From Abditibacteriaceae bacterium (GTDB lineage Bacteria > Armatimonadota > Abditibacteriia > Abditibacteriales > Abditibacteriaceae): a stretch of 64,000 bases of DNA. The notes beneath the pieces are model-generated. The model saw only the letters and a list, made by a program, of their open reading frames with translations, had not been told where the DNA came from and did not search any database. Of this stretch, positions 10,265 through 20,572 are shown in pieces. Every line of letters starts with the position of its first letter. The stretch's first letter is position 1. A program made the translations under genes and the position numbers. The stretch covers positions 832,001-896,000 of the forward strand of contig OZ255721.1 in the NCBI GenBank assembly GCA_965277285.1, given 5' to 3'.

Positions 10265-10741
10265 TCAGTTTTTCGCATTTCGAGTACTCGATCCGCGAGG
10301 CAGGAACAAACCAAGGGCCAGCGCCGCGTAAATCCATTTCAGGGAACGTTGGGGCAAGCGATGTTCAAAACCTGGCGTCAGGCGCGGCGGCACAACGTGA
10401 TAATCGACGATATACGCCAATAAAGCTACGCCCAAAGCTCCCAATATTGGTTTGATGTGCTTTCCTTCAGCGCGCGGTTCGCCAAAGAACAGTTCGTAAA
10501 TGAAGGCCCAACTTCCATTTGCCGACGCATTCAGCACCAAACTCGCGCCTGTAAACTTCCAGGATACATTGTCTTGAGCGAGCGCGTCTTCGTCCCACAA
10601 AATGTGACTGATGGCATTAAGTGGAGCGATGGCGTTGCCGTTTTCCGATTGTCCACAAAGCGCCACGGCAACAGCCGTCCACAGACTGGCGTTTAAGGCG
10701 CGTGGCGCACAATGGCGCAGTGTCGTTGCGAGAGATTTCAT
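10265..10741 (-). CDS. conserved-looking hypothetical membrane protein
   Basis: PLNAISHILW, DYHVVPPRLTPGFE motifs; RBS AGGA. Confidence 0.75.
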   Translation of the reverse strand: MKSLATTLRHCAPRALNASLWTAVAVALCGQSENGNAIAPLNAISHILWDEDALAQDNVSWKFTGASLVLNASANGSWAFIYELFFGEPRAEGKHIKPILGALGVALLAYIVDYHVVPPRLTPGFEHRLPQRSLKWIYAALALGLFLPRGSSTRNAKN

Positions 10742-10759
10742 ATTTTTCCTGTATTAACT

Positions 10760-10949
10760 AATGGTGCGGGTTTGGTGCAAGAACGATCTCACCCGCCCCT
10801 GAAGGAGCGAGCTGAAGAAGCAAGACCGCTAAAGCGGCCTCCTTGTTAGCGCGAAGAGTAGCGTGTCAATCCCATTCATGGGGCTTAGAAACTCAGCCCC
10901 GCTCCTTCAGGGGCGGGTGAGATCGTTCTTACACCAAACCCGCACCATT
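10760..10949. repeat. REPIN/MITE-like element, family C, with about 55 bp terminal inverted arms
   Basis: aatggtgcgggtttggtgcaagaacgatctcacccgcccctgaaggagcg ... cgctccttcaggggcgggtgagatcgttcttacaccaaacccgcaccatt; internal motifs shared with 56894-57092. Confidence 0.85.
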
Positions 10950-11090
10950 GGTTATTAAGAAGCTATCCGAAGAGAGCATCAGCCCCGTTCTCCTGTTCTC
11001 ACAGTCGCCTATTTGGAGAGACTCTAAGTGCTTGTCAGTTTTGCCCGACGCCGGTCACACTGAAGCGGCTGCATTTCCTTGGAGAAAATT

Positions 11091-12395
11091 ATGCGCATCG
11101 CGCTTTGTCCTGTCACGATTGTCACCTGCGACGACCAGTTTCGAGTACTCGAACGCGCCGCTCTGCATATCGAAAACAATCGTATCACGTTCGTTGGCGC
11201 CGCGAACGAACAGCCGCCCTTTCAAGCGGACGAAACGATTGGCGGTGAACATCTCGTCGCGCTTCCTGGCTTGGTGAACGCGCACACGCATGCCGCGATG
11301 ACGCTTTTGCGCGGTTACGCCGACGACATGGATTTGGAAACGTGGCTGCAAACCAAAATCTGGCCCTTTGAAGCGCATCTCGATGGCGATGACGTGTATC
11401 GGGGAACGCTGCTCGCCTGCCTCGAAATGTTGCGCGGCGGCACAACGTGTTGCGCCGATATGTATCATTTCTACCATGATGGCGTGCGTGCTTTTCTTGA
11501 AAGCGGAATGCGCGCCGTTCCAGGCGGGGTTCTGCTGGGCTTTTTGCCCGAGCCACAACGCCGCATTGCCAACGCGATTTCCTTTGTACGCGAATACACA
11601 AACGCGGGCAACGGACGCATCACGCCCGCGCTCGCGCCGCATTCTTTATATACATGCAACGAAGAACAATGGCGATTGATGATTGACGGCGCGCGCGAAC
11701 TCGGTTGTTTGCTCCACACGCACGCCAGCGAAACGCGCCGCGAAGTGGCCGATATTCGCGCGCAATGGGGCGCCACGCCGATTCGAGTACTCGAAAGGCT
11801 CGGCGCGCTGCAAACGCCGTTGCAAGCCGCACATTGCGTTCATTTGGAAGAAGACGATCTGGAAATTTTAGCCGCGACAGGAACGCGCGTCGCACACAAT
11901 CCGACATCGAACTTGAAACTGGCATCCGGTTTTGCGCCGGTCGAAAAGTTTTTGCAACGTGGCATCATGACCAGTCTGGGAACCGATGGAACGGCGTCCA
12001 ACAACGACCTGGATATGTGGGAAGAAATGCGCCTGGCTGCCCTGCTCCACAAAGCGACGACCGGCGACGCGACAGCCGTTTCCGCACAACAAGCCTTGCT
12101 GATGGCAACGCGAAACGGCGCGCGCAGCCTCAATTTGGAAACTGAAATCGGTTCGCTCAGTGTCGGCAAAAAAGCCGATATTGTCGTGATGGACTTCGAC
12201 AAGCCGCATTTGACACCACGCCACAACGTGGTTTCGCATCTGGTTTATGCCGCCAAAGCGAGCGATGTCGATACGGTTTTGGTCGATGGACAAATACTCG
12301 TGCGCCGTGGAAACTGCACCCGACTTGACACCGCCCAAATCTGCGCCGAAGCAAATCACCGCGCCGCGCGTTTGGTGCAAAAAACCACTTTTTAA
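11091..12395 (+). CDS. mtaD: amidohydrolase, likely 5-methylthioadenosine/S-adenosylhomocysteine deaminase
   Basis: PGLVNAHTH, HASET, AAHCVH, HNPTSNLKLASG, GTDGTASNNDLDM; GGAG RBS. Confidence 0.85.
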   Translation: MRIALCPVTIVTCDDQFRVLERAALHIENNRITFVGAANEQPPFQADETIGGEHLVALPGLVNAHTHAAMTLLRGYADDMDLETWLQTKIWPFEAHLDGDDVYRGTLLACLEMLRGGTTCCADMYHFYHDGVRAFLESGMRAVPGGVLLGFLPEPQRRIANAISFVREYTNAGNGRITPALAPHSLYTCNEEQWRLMIDGARELGCLLHTHASETRREVADIRAQWGATPIRVLERLGALQTPLQAAHCVHLEEDDLEILAATGTRVAHNPTSNLKLASGFAPVEKFLQRGIMTSLGTDGTASNNDLDMWEEMRLAALLHKATTGDATAVSAQQALLMATRNGARSLNLETEIGSLSVGKKADIVVMDFDKPHLTPRHNVVSHLVYAAKASDVDTVLVDGQILVRRGNCTRLDTAQICAEANHRAARLVQKTTF

Positions 12396-12457
12396 TGTTC
12401 GTTTCTTGAATTAGCAACCACCTCGGGCTTCGAGTATGTAATCCCCAAAGATTTCCC

Positions 12458-14578
12458 ATGATTTTTCAACCGAGGACACGTTCTCGTCTGGCCAAAGTAG
12501 CGTCGCTTTTTGCCGTGTGCGCTGGCCTGACGATTGGCTGGAAGTTTCGCCACGAGATTCGCCACGCGTTCGATCCAGCTCCGCCCACGCCTTTGCGCTG
12601 GGTTGATAAGTTTCCGCCACCAATTCAAATCGATTCGGGCAAGCGCAGCAACGTGTTTTACAGCGGCGAACTGCTCCGCTTCAAATCGGACAAAGCCGTC
12701 TCACGCTATGAAGTGCGCAGTTACTCCGCCGATATTGTGGACAGTGGAATTGCGAGCAGATCCTTCGTGGTCAAAGCGCAGCCGCCGGGTTGGTACAAAC
12801 TGTATCTTTACGACGTTGAAGATCGTGGCGAACCCTTCGGGAAAACTGTCGGCGGCACGACGTTCGTGGTTTTTCGGCACGACGCACATTTTCCGGCTCT
12901 ACCCTCGCGCGATGTTTCTGGCGGTTCGGATTCCAACGATGAACCGATGCGCGGAGTAATCGGCATGGGGCCGCAACGTTTGCGTGTCGAAGATGCGGGC
13001 AAGCCGGACGAAGCGATTGCTAAAATCGAACAAGATGTGGCGCTCGATAAGAAATATTATCTACCGTTCGACCCCGCGCGCAAGCGTGTTTTGATGTGCG
13101 CGTTTCCCAACGGCACGAAGGGCAAAGAAGCGGGCGTGCGCCAGATCGTCGCACATTTCAAGAACACGATCCAGTACTGGGAAGCGCGCAACGAACCGAA
13201 TTTTGCTTCCAATGGCGGCGATTTCGCGCTCAACGAAATGAAGCCGTTCTACCAAACCGTGAAAAGTGTCAGTCCACGTTTGAAAGTTCTGGGGCCGGGA
13301 ACCGTCAGCCTGAACCCCGATATGCAACGCTGGCTGGACAATTTCTTCGCAGCGGGCGGCGGCAAATGGATCGACGCCTTTTCGTTTCACGCTTACAACA
13401 ACGTCAACGGCGACATTTGGCTGGCACGCAAAGCTCTCAACACGACCAATGATCTGCTGGCGAAATATGGTTTGCAACACATCGAGAAATGGCAAACCGA
13501 ACAAGGCAATTTCGCGGCGATTTACGGCGTTTACACGCCCGCGCATCAGGCGCGCTGGACGATGGCGCAGATGATGGTGTGGGAGCAATACGGCATTCCC
13601 AAAGAACATAATCACCTGTGGTATGACCGCAGTCACGGCTTCTGGGATCAGCCGGCGTGGTGGGAAAATGACGACAATAGTTTGAATCCCGAAGCCGTCA
13701 CGATGCGCGTGTGGAGCGAGGAGTTGTGGGGCAAAACGTTCCATCGAGTACTCGATTTCGGAAGCGGCAATCAACTTTTCATCGGCAGCGAGTTTTCCGG
13801 TTCAAGTGGCAAAACATTGGCGTTGATGAGCGGCGGCGCGACGGATGCCAGCGTTCAACTGCGCGTCAGCGGCGCCAGAACCTTGCGCATCGTGTCGGCG
13901 TGGGGCATGGCGCGTCAGCTTCCGGTTGTCAACGGACTGGTTTCGCTGGTTGTGCCGGAATTGCCGGTTTACGTCGAATCGAGTACTCGAACAACAGTTC
14001 AAATCGTGCCGCAAAACTGGGGCGCCAATCTCGCGCGGCAAAATGGCGTTCAAGTTTCGGCTTCGCAAATGGGCGAGCAAAGCGCGGACAACGACATCGC
14101 CAAAGTCGTGAATGGCGTGCAGGAAAACTGGTATTGGAACTTTCAGAAAAACACCACGCCGTGGAATGTCGTCGGGCCAACACTGCCGATGACAGTCGAT
14201 ATTCAATTGCCGCGTTTGCAAACCGTGCGTCGCGTGAACGTTTATGCCGCTCCGCAGTGGCAATTACAAAGCAGCCTGCTCGATTTCGATGTGCAAGTCG
14301 ATCAAAATGGCGTTTGGAGAACCGTCGCGCGCGTCCGTGAACCCGCCAGAACGTGGAAAGTGTGGACGCCGCCAACGCGCACCAGCGTCGATTCCTTTTT
14401 CTCCGACCGCTGGATTTTCCCGACGAGCTTCACGCCGGTTCAAACCGACAAGATCCGCCTGCTGATTCGTGATGCGACTTTTGGCGGCGGCGCGACAAAA
14501 ATCGTCAACGAAGCGGGAGGCCAATCGTGGGACAAAAAAGTCGTAATGCTGCGCGAAGTCGAGGTTTACAGAAAGTAA
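12458..14578 (+). CDS. clan GH-A glycoside hydrolase-like protein with C-terminal discoidin/CBM-like domain
   Basis: WEARNEPN (acid/base), FSFHAY, WQTEQG (nucleophile); N-terminal anchor. Confidence 0.7.
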   Translation: MIFQPRTRSRLAKVASLFAVCAGLTIGWKFRHEIRHAFDPAPPTPLRWVDKFPPPIQIDSGKRSNVFYSGELLRFKSDKAVSRYEVRSYSADIVDSGIASRSFVVKAQPPGWYKLYLYDVEDRGEPFGKTVGGTTFVVFRHDAHFPALPSRDVSGGSDSNDEPMRGVIGMGPQRLRVEDAGKPDEAIAKIEQDVALDKKYYLPFDPARKRVLMCAFPNGTKGKEAGVRQIVAHFKNTIQYWEARNEPNFASNGGDFALNEMKPFYQTVKSVSPRLKVLGPGTVSLNPDMQRWLDNFFAAGGGKWIDAFSFHAYNNVNGDIWLARKALNTTNDLLAKYGLQHIEKWQTEQGNFAAIYGVYTPAHQARWTMAQMMVWEQYGIPKEHNHLWYDRSHGFWDQPAWWENDDNSLNPEAVTMRVWSEELWGKTFHRVLDFGSGNQLFIGSEFSGSSGKTLALMSGGATDASVQLRVSGARTLRIVSAWGMARQLPVVNGLVSLVVPELPVYVESSTRTTVQIVPQNWGANLARQNGVQVSASQMGEQSADNDIAKVVNGVQENWYWNFQKNTTPWNVVGPTLPMTVDIQLPRLQTVRRVNVYAAPQWQLQSSLLDFDVQVDQNGVWRTVARVREPARTWKVWTPPTRTSVDSFFSDRWIFPTSFTPVQTDKIRLLIRDATFGGGATKIVNEAGGQSWDKKVVMLREVEVYRK

Positions 14579-14579
14579 A

Positions 14580-15047
14580 CTAATTGCGTCTAATACGTAT
14601 GACCTTTTCTTCTTCAACAGGAAAAGTCTGTTCTCGCATTTCTTCCGGCGATATTGAGACTTGGTATTTGTAGTTCAGCACGTCCGAATCCCAATGAATT
14701 AAAAGATAGGCTTCTTTTGTATCATCGGCGGCATCCGCTAACCAAGAACGGAATTTCGGGTGCAATCCAACGTATAATTCTTCTTTCTTGCGATTTGCAA
14801 TGGCGCGCTCGATTTTTGTTCTCGACCAACCTTTCTTACGATATTTCTCGTATAAGTTTTCGTTCGAGCCTCGGTTGAATAGGTCACAGGAACACATTGA
14901 TGTACCGACAATAAAAACCTCAAAGTCACCCATGTGAGACGACAAACCTTTGTACTGCGATGGCCAAGCGCGCATCGGACGGGGTAACTTATCAAGCCAT
15001 TCCTGCTGCGAGGATTTAGATAAGCCGACAGCAATCATGTAGCACAT
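14580..15047 (-). CDS. hypothetical protein, lower GC (start likely MCYMI at 15047)
   Basis: CSC motif, KYRKKGWSRTKIERA; the longer ORF-track version overlaps mlaE. Confidence 0.55.
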   Translation of the reverse strand: MCYMIAVGLSKSSQQEWLDKLPRPMRAWPSQYKGLSSHMGDFEVFIVGTSMCSCDLFNRGSNENLYEKYRKKGWSRTKIERAIANRKKEELYVGLHPKFRSWLADAADDTKEAYLLIHWDSDVLNYKYQVSISPEEMREQTFPVEEEKVIRIRRN

Positions 15048-15150
15048 ATCTTGATTTGAGCAACTAAAAATAGCTTGCGCGCAACTCATCGAGTACTCGA
15101 TTGCACGCCTGTGACGCCAGAACGAAACACAAATCGCGTATAATTGTTGC

Positions 15151-15933
15151 GTGATTGCTCGTCGTTTTTTCTCGAACCCGCTACAAGATTCGCTCGCGTT
15201 TCTGGGTGGCATTTCTTTGCTGCTGTGGGAAACCGCGCTCTTCATCCTGCGCGGCGCCATTTCCTATCGCCATACAATTCGGCAAATGGCCGAAGTCGGC
15301 GTCGGCTCGCTCTTTGTGGCGATTATCACGGTTGGGTTTTCCGGCGCAGTTTCCGCGCTTTACATCACCATTCAGTTGGTGCAGTTGGGACAACAAGGTT
15401 ATGTCGGCGGTTTGGTCGGCAAAAGCCTGGCGCTCGAAGTCGCGCCGGTTATTACAGCCGTTGTCGTCGCGGCGCGCGCCGGAAGCGCGATGGCAGCCGA
15501 ACTGGGAACCATGACGGTGACCGAGCAAGTGGACGCTTTGCGTTCGCTGGCGACCAGCCCGACGCAATATCTCGTAGTTCCGCGCGTATTGGGAACGCTC
15601 ATCATGTTGCCTCTGGTCACGACGTTAGCGAACTTCGCGGGTGCAGTTGGCGGACTTTTAGCGGCAACGGCGAACGGCGTTTCGGCCAGCGCGTTCTGGG
15701 AATCCTATCAGCGTTTGGTGACACCTGCCGATCAACTGAGCGGATTGATTAAAACAATTCCCTTCGCGCTGATTATCGCTCTGGTCGGTTGTCGCCAGGG
15801 TTTGACGACGACGGGAGGTGCGGCGGGCGTCGGTCGCGCCACGACGAGCGCCGTTGTGCTCGCCATGATCGGCATTTTTATTTCCGATTTCTTTATTTCC
15901 ACGCTGCAAAATGTCGCTAAACTTTCGTTTTGA
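15151..15933 (+). CDS. mlaE: MlaE-family ABC transporter permease
   Basis: AGSAMAAELGTMTVTEQVDAL, YLVVPR, GVGRATTSAVV. Confidence 0.93.
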   Translation: MIARRFFSNPLQDSLAFLGGISLLLWETALFILRGAISYRHTIRQMAEVGVGSLFVAIITVGFSGAVSALYITIQLVQLGQQGYVGGLVGKSLALEVAPVITAVVVAARAGSAMAAELGTMTVTEQVDALRSLATSPTQYLVVPRVLGTLIMLPLVTTLANFAGAVGGLLAATANGVSASAFWESYQRLVTPADQLSGLIKTIPFALIIALVGCRQGLTTTGGAAGVGRATTSAVVLAMIGIFISDFFISTLQNVAKLSF

Positions 15934-15957
15934 TTTTCCTGTTTCAACGTTTCCCCA

Positions 15958-16737
15958 ATGATCGAATTGCGTCACGTCACTTATTCCGTTCCCTCTGTCG
16001 AGTACTCGAATGGCGAGGAAACCGATGGCACGCGCTTCATTCTCGATGATGTGTCGTTCGTCATTCCAACGGGCAGCATCACCTGCGTGATGGGCGTTTC
16101 GGGAACCGGCAAAACCACCTTGCTGCGCCTCATCGCCGGACTTTTGAAGCCGGACAGCGGCGAAATTTTAGTGGACGGACGCGACATCGTGCCGCTGGAC
16201 GAACGAGAACTGAACCAGATTCGCAGCGACATGGGTTTTGTTTTTCAATATGGCGCGCTTTTCGATTCGATGACGATTGGCGAAAACGTCGCCTTTGGGC
16301 CGCAACGCTTGCGCAAATCGCGCGAGGAAATCGAGCAAATTGTTAAGTCGCGTTTGGACGAAGTCGGCTTGCCGGATGTCGAAGACAAACTGCCGTCGGA
16401 ATTATCGGGTGGAATGCGCAAGCGCGTGGCGATGGCGCGCGCTCTGGCGACCAACCCGCGCGTTGTGTTATACGATGAACCGACGAGCGGCCTCGATCCT
16501 GTAATGGCGCGCGTTATTGATGACCTGATCGTCAAACTGCGCGACACTTCGGGAACGACCAATGTTGTCGTATCGCACAGTTTGCCATCGATTTTTCGCA
16601 TTTCCGACCGCGTGATGATGTTGCACAACGCGCGCGTCGCGGTTGAGGGCACGCCGCAGGAAGTTCAAGCGTCCAGCGCGCCCGAAGTGCGCCAGTTTTT
16701 GGATGGACGCGCCGAAGGCCCGATAACAGTGAGATAG
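15958..16737 (+). CDS. mlaF: MlaF-family ABC transporter ATPase
   Basis: GVSGTGKT, FQYGALFDSMT, LSGGMRKR, YDEPTSGLDP. Confidence 0.93.
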   Translation: MIELRHVTYSVPSVEYSNGEETDGTRFILDDVSFVIPTGSITCVMGVSGTGKTTLLRLIAGLLKPDSGEILVDGRDIVPLDERELNQIRSDMGFVFQYGALFDSMTIGENVAFGPQRLRKSREEIEQIVKSRLDEVGLPDVEDKLPSELSGGMRKRVAMARALATNPRVVLYDEPTSGLDPVMARVIDDLIVKLRDTSGTTNVVVSHSLPSIFRISDRVMMLHNARVAVEGTPQEVQASSAPEVRQFLDGRAEGPITVR

Positions 16738-16752
16738 TTAAAATTGCTACGA

Positions 16753-16870
16753 GAGCCACTCGTGAACGCATGGGCTACGAAAGGCAAGCCCAATGAATGG
16801 GGCTTAGGAACACGCTTGTCAGCCCCATTCATCGGGCTTATCGTATCATCTCACTGCTTCAGCGGTGAGT
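16753..16870. repeat. degenerate family C-related REP-like element
   Basis: aagcccaatgaatggggct ... agccccattcatcgggctt inverted pair. Confidence 0.55.
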
Positions 16871-16953
16871 GAAGGCAATGGTAGACAAAGGTACAAGTCA
16901 GCAGGCGGTAATAAGTTGAGACAGTTTTCTGCAACCGATAACCGAGTTCAATT

Positions 16954-18804
16954 ATGAAAGGATCAAATGAAGCGCGCGTTGGAATTGTTGTGCTGCTGGC
17001 GTTGATGGCGCTGGGCGGCGGCTACGTTTTCTTGACGCGCGACACGCGTGGCGGCGACCGTTATCGTATCGTCGTGAACAGCGGCGTGGCGAGCATTCAT
17101 CCGGGCAGCGATGTGTTGCTGCGCGGCGTCAAAATCGGCGAAGTGCGCAAGGTTGGACTCGATCCGAACACGCAAAATCCCCTGCTTACGCTGGCCATCA
17201 AAGAAGACCAGAAAACGCCGATTCGTTTGCTGCGCAATTACGAGTACTCGATTCGCGCTGGTTCCTTCATCGGCGAAAACTACGTCGATATACGCGGCGT
17301 TTACAACCCGTCGAACCCCGCCTTTCAGCCGAACAGCGAGAACCCCAGCGACCTGATTGTCGCCACCGCGCCCGGCGGCTTCAACGATTTGACGACGCAA
17401 GTGGGCGCGCTCAGCGGCGATTTTCAGAAGACTTTGGCGCGCTTCGACAAAACGCTCGATGCCCTCAACAACGGCGTTCTATCGTCGAAAACGCAACTCA
17501 AACTGGCGCAGGCGCTCGAAGGCGTCGCCAAACTGACCAGTCAGGCGAGTCAAGGGTTTGGTCCGCAAGGAATCAGGTTCGGTTTCGGCGACCCCAAAGC
17601 ACAACGCGCCTTCACGCAAACGTTGCAAAACACTTCCGAAGCCTCGCGCGAAGCTGCCGTTGCTGCGCGCAATGTCAGCGCCCTGACGCAGAACGCGGGC
17701 GGATTGACGCGTAATTTGGGCAGCGTCATTGATGAAAACCGCAGCCAGTTGCGCGGACTTTTGACCAATTTCAATGCGACGGCGCGCAACATTTCCGGCT
17801 TGACTGAAAGCCTGGCGTTCGTCGTCAACAACGGCGGCTTCAAGGAAAATTCGCAGATCGCGTTTCGCTCTTTCCGCCGCGCCGCAGAAAACGTTGAAAT
17901 CGGCACGCAAACCTTGCGCTCTCTGGGCGATCCGCAAACCCAAGCCACTTTGCGCGACACCTTGAGTTCGATTCATGACGCGACCAGCGCCCTGCGCGAC
18001 ACGGCTGTCTCGGTCAGAAACGCGCTTGGCGACCCAAACAATCAAAAGCAGTTGGGCAGCACTTTGAACGAACTTTCGCAAACCGCGCAAAGTTTGCACA
18101 GCACAGTCGACAACCTGAACCAGATCACGGGCGCGCTGAAAAACGTCGCTGTCGATCCGCAAGTGCAAACCAATCTGAAAGAAACTTTCGCCAACCTGAA
18201 CGGAACGCTCGCCGCCACGCGTTCGGCGGCGGAACGCGTCAACGTTTTGCTGGGCGGCAAGAAACCGCGCAACGCCGACACAACGCAAACATCAACGCCC
18301 AGCGGAACGCCTTCGGGCACGCCAAACGGTCAATCGAGTACTGGAAATGACGGCAAAAGCAAAGGCGATTTGCGCGAAACGAGCGATTTTCCCAGCGGCC
18401 TGGACTTCACGCTGCGCAACCAATCGCATTTTCGTGGCAGCAGTTCGGTCGCGCCCGATGGCCGCACGTTTGGCGACCTGACATTTAACGCCAGTTTGTT
18501 CAAGGCGCCGTTTCGTTTAGGACTGGCCAATTTGGGCGAAGGCAACAACCTGACGCTGCAAACCGGCAAATATGTGGGCAAAAATGCCGCGATTCGCTAC
18601 GGTCTTTATCGCTCGAAGTTGGGGCTGGGAGCGGAAATTCGCAAAGGTCGTTTTTCGCTCGAAGGCAATCTATACGACCCCAATCACGGTTCGTATAACG
18701 CGTATGTCGGTTACGGAATTACGCCGCAATTGGAAGTGTTGGCCGGACAAGAAGACCGCGATGGCGTGCGCAGCAACTCGATTGCTGTTAGACTGCGCCC
18801 GTAA
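16954..18804 (+). CDS. mlaD: long MCE/MlaD protein with helical rod and C-terminal beta-strand-rich domain
   Basis: NEARVG + TM, GSDVLLRGVKIGEV, GENYVDI, long coiled region, amphipathic beta strands at the C-terminus. Confidence 0.88.
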   Translation: MKGSNEARVGIVVLLALMALGGGYVFLTRDTRGGDRYRIVVNSGVASIHPGSDVLLRGVKIGEVRKVGLDPNTQNPLLTLAIKEDQKTPIRLLRNYEYSIRAGSFIGENYVDIRGVYNPSNPAFQPNSENPSDLIVATAPGGFNDLTTQVGALSGDFQKTLARFDKTLDALNNGVLSSKTQLKLAQALEGVAKLTSQASQGFGPQGIRFGFGDPKAQRAFTQTLQNTSEASREAAVAARNVSALTQNAGGLTRNLGSVIDENRSQLRGLLTNFNATARNISGLTESLAFVVNNGGFKENSQIAFRSFRRAAENVEIGTQTLRSLGDPQTQATLRDTLSSIHDATSALRDTAVSVRNALGDPNNQKQLGSTLNELSQTAQSLHSTVDNLNQITGALKNVAVDPQVQTNLKETFANLNGTLAATRSAAERVNVLLGGKKPRNADTTQTSTPSGTPSGTPNGQSSTGNDGKSKGDLRETSDFPSGLDFTLRNQSHFRGSSSVAPDGRTFGDLTFNASLFKAPFRLGLANLGEGNNLTLQTGKYVGKNAAIRYGLYRSKLGLGAEIRKGRFSLEGNLYDPNHGSYNAYVGYGITPQLEVLAGQEDRDGVRSNSIAVRLRP

Positions 18805-18885
18805 TTTTGAGAGAAAGCTGAGCGTTCGGCGCAATCGAGTACTCGATTGCTTTGTTGGCCGCTCCAAGTTGAGGAAGAAAAGAGA

Positions 18886-19464
18886 ATGAAAGTTATTTTG
18901 ACCGAAGAAGTCGCCAAATTGGGTGGCGCGCACGAAGTCGTCGATGTCGCCGAAGGTTATGCGCGCAATTTCCTGTTGCCGCGTTCGCTGGCCGTTCCCG
19001 CCACCAAAAGTGCCCTGTCGAACCTGGACAACGAGCGCCGCGTTGCCGAACGTCGCATTGTGCGCCAGCGCGGAGAAGCTGAAAAGACTGCAACAACCGT
19101 GAACGGCAAAACCGTCGTCATTCCGGCGCGCATCGGAACTGGCGGTCGTTTGTACGGCTCGATTGGAACCGCCGACATCGCGCAGGCCGCGACGAAAACC
19201 TTTGGCGTCGAACTCGAGCGCAAGCAAATCGTTTTGCCCGAACCGATTCGTAACGCTGGTTTGTATCTGGTTTCGTTGAAGCTACACCGCGACGTGAACG
19301 CGCACATCACGGTTCAAGTCGGCGACGCACCGGCGGGCGGTTTCGGCGAAGCGATTGACACCAACGCGACGGCCAAAGCCGAAGAAGCCAAAGTCGCCGC
19401 GCCCGCCGCTGCCGAATCGAGTACTGAATCGGTGGCTGTCGAAGCCGAATTGGCCGCGATTTAA
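18886..19464 (+). CDS. rplI: 50S ribosomal protein L9 with Ala/Glu-rich tail
   Basis: MKVILTEEV, GYARNFLLP, GRLYGSI, LHRDV. Confidence 0.97.
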   Translation: MKVILTEEVAKLGGAHEVVDVAEGYARNFLLPRSLAVPATKSALSNLDNERRVAERRIVRQRGEAEKTATTVNGKTVVIPARIGTGGRLYGSIGTADIAQAATKTFGVELERKQIVLPEPIRNAGLYLVSLKLHRDVNAHITVQVGDAPAGGFGEAIDTNATAKAEEAKVAAPAAAESSTESVAVEAELAAI

Positions 19465-19481
19465 GCCGAAACATTGCAACC

Positions 19482-19520
19482 AAGAAGCGCCCCAATTTAA
19501 TTTTTGGGTCGCTTCTTTTC
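19482..19520 (+). terminator. intrinsic terminator after rplI
   Basis: aagaagcgccccaa...ttgggtcgcttctttt. Confidence 0.7.
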
Positions 19521-19523
19521 GTT

Positions 19524-20371
19524 TTATTGCTGCCCATCAAAGACGACATTTTCAAATCTTCGCGCGGCCAAATCGTCTTTGTGGATGACAAAATAGATTT
19601 TGCCGTTGTCACAGTAATCGAAATCAATTTCATCGTCGCTTGACATTTGCAAAAGTAACAACCAGTTGTCTTTGTCTTCAAAGTCTTTGTAGTGCGTTCC
19701 TGGTTCAGCTAAAAAGTAGCGCGGATCATCTTGAATTTCATCAGGATGACCAAACATCCAATGGATTGAATGCGATCTTGTGAAGTTGTTCCATTCAGAT
19801 ATGAAAGCTATTTGCTGTTGAAACTCCTCGTCCGTTAACTCCGTTAATGGGTTGTGCACTTCGTGCTCACTTTTAGTCCAAACAGGAATAGCTTCTATTT
19901 GTCCGCAACCTATTCCAGTTAAGCCATTTAATTCCTGTGGCCAGGATTTTCGCTCCAACTTCTGCTCTTCAAAATAGTAGACGCGCCAACCGCCTTGATC
20001 TTCGCGTGAATACGCGTCATCCCAACCCTCGCGTTGCGCAAGAAAAAAGAGAGCGTTCCCGTTTTTGGCAGCAAATTATCAATCTCGTAAGCCGCGACAT
20101 CAGCCAGATTGATTTGACAAAGAAAACTCAACGGATACGAACCGTTATATTCTTCCCAAAAAGGCCATTCAAAATCTGATGGCACATCAGGACAACCGCC
20201 AAATTTGCTGCCGCCAACAGGCAAAGACTCATCGTCTGCGCGCCGCGTTTTCAAACCAATGGCAGGTAAAAGCGATTTTAAAAGCTGTGCTTGTCGAACT
20301 CTGGGCGCATAACTTTTAATGACATCTTCTGTTTCTGCGCGCGCTTGAACGTAACGTTGAGCCGCATCCAT
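19524..20371 (-). pseudogene. DUF1963/YwqG-family protein split by a frameshift at an A6 run (20043-20048)
   Basis: SKFGGCPD, LSFLCQINL, LPKTGTLSFF in one frame; GGWRVYYF, LLLQMSSD, DNGKIYFVI continue in another; one extra base restores a single ORF. Confidence 0.8.
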
Positions 20372-20572
20372 AATTAGACTCCCTAACTTCCGGTGATTCG
20401 ATTATGACTTGTTTCGCTAACAATCGAGTACTGGATTCGCGCTTTCTATTGACAACCTGTTGATAAGTGGCAGGCAGAACTTCCAACGGTGGAAAACAAA
20501 AACTATTTGGCGCTTTGGCGGCTTGTCAAGAGCTGTTAAAGCAGTTTGTTTCGGGTTATATTGAAGGGACAA

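Noticed and set aside
10099..10950. Integrative element at tRNA-Lys
   Set aside because: No integrase and no duplicated tRNA 3' end in the window
10950..11090. SAM/SAH riboswitch upstream of mtaD (also checked before metH and metF)
   Set aside because: No recognisable consensus by eye; the nearby structures are REP-like repeats. An Rfam/Infernal scan would settle it
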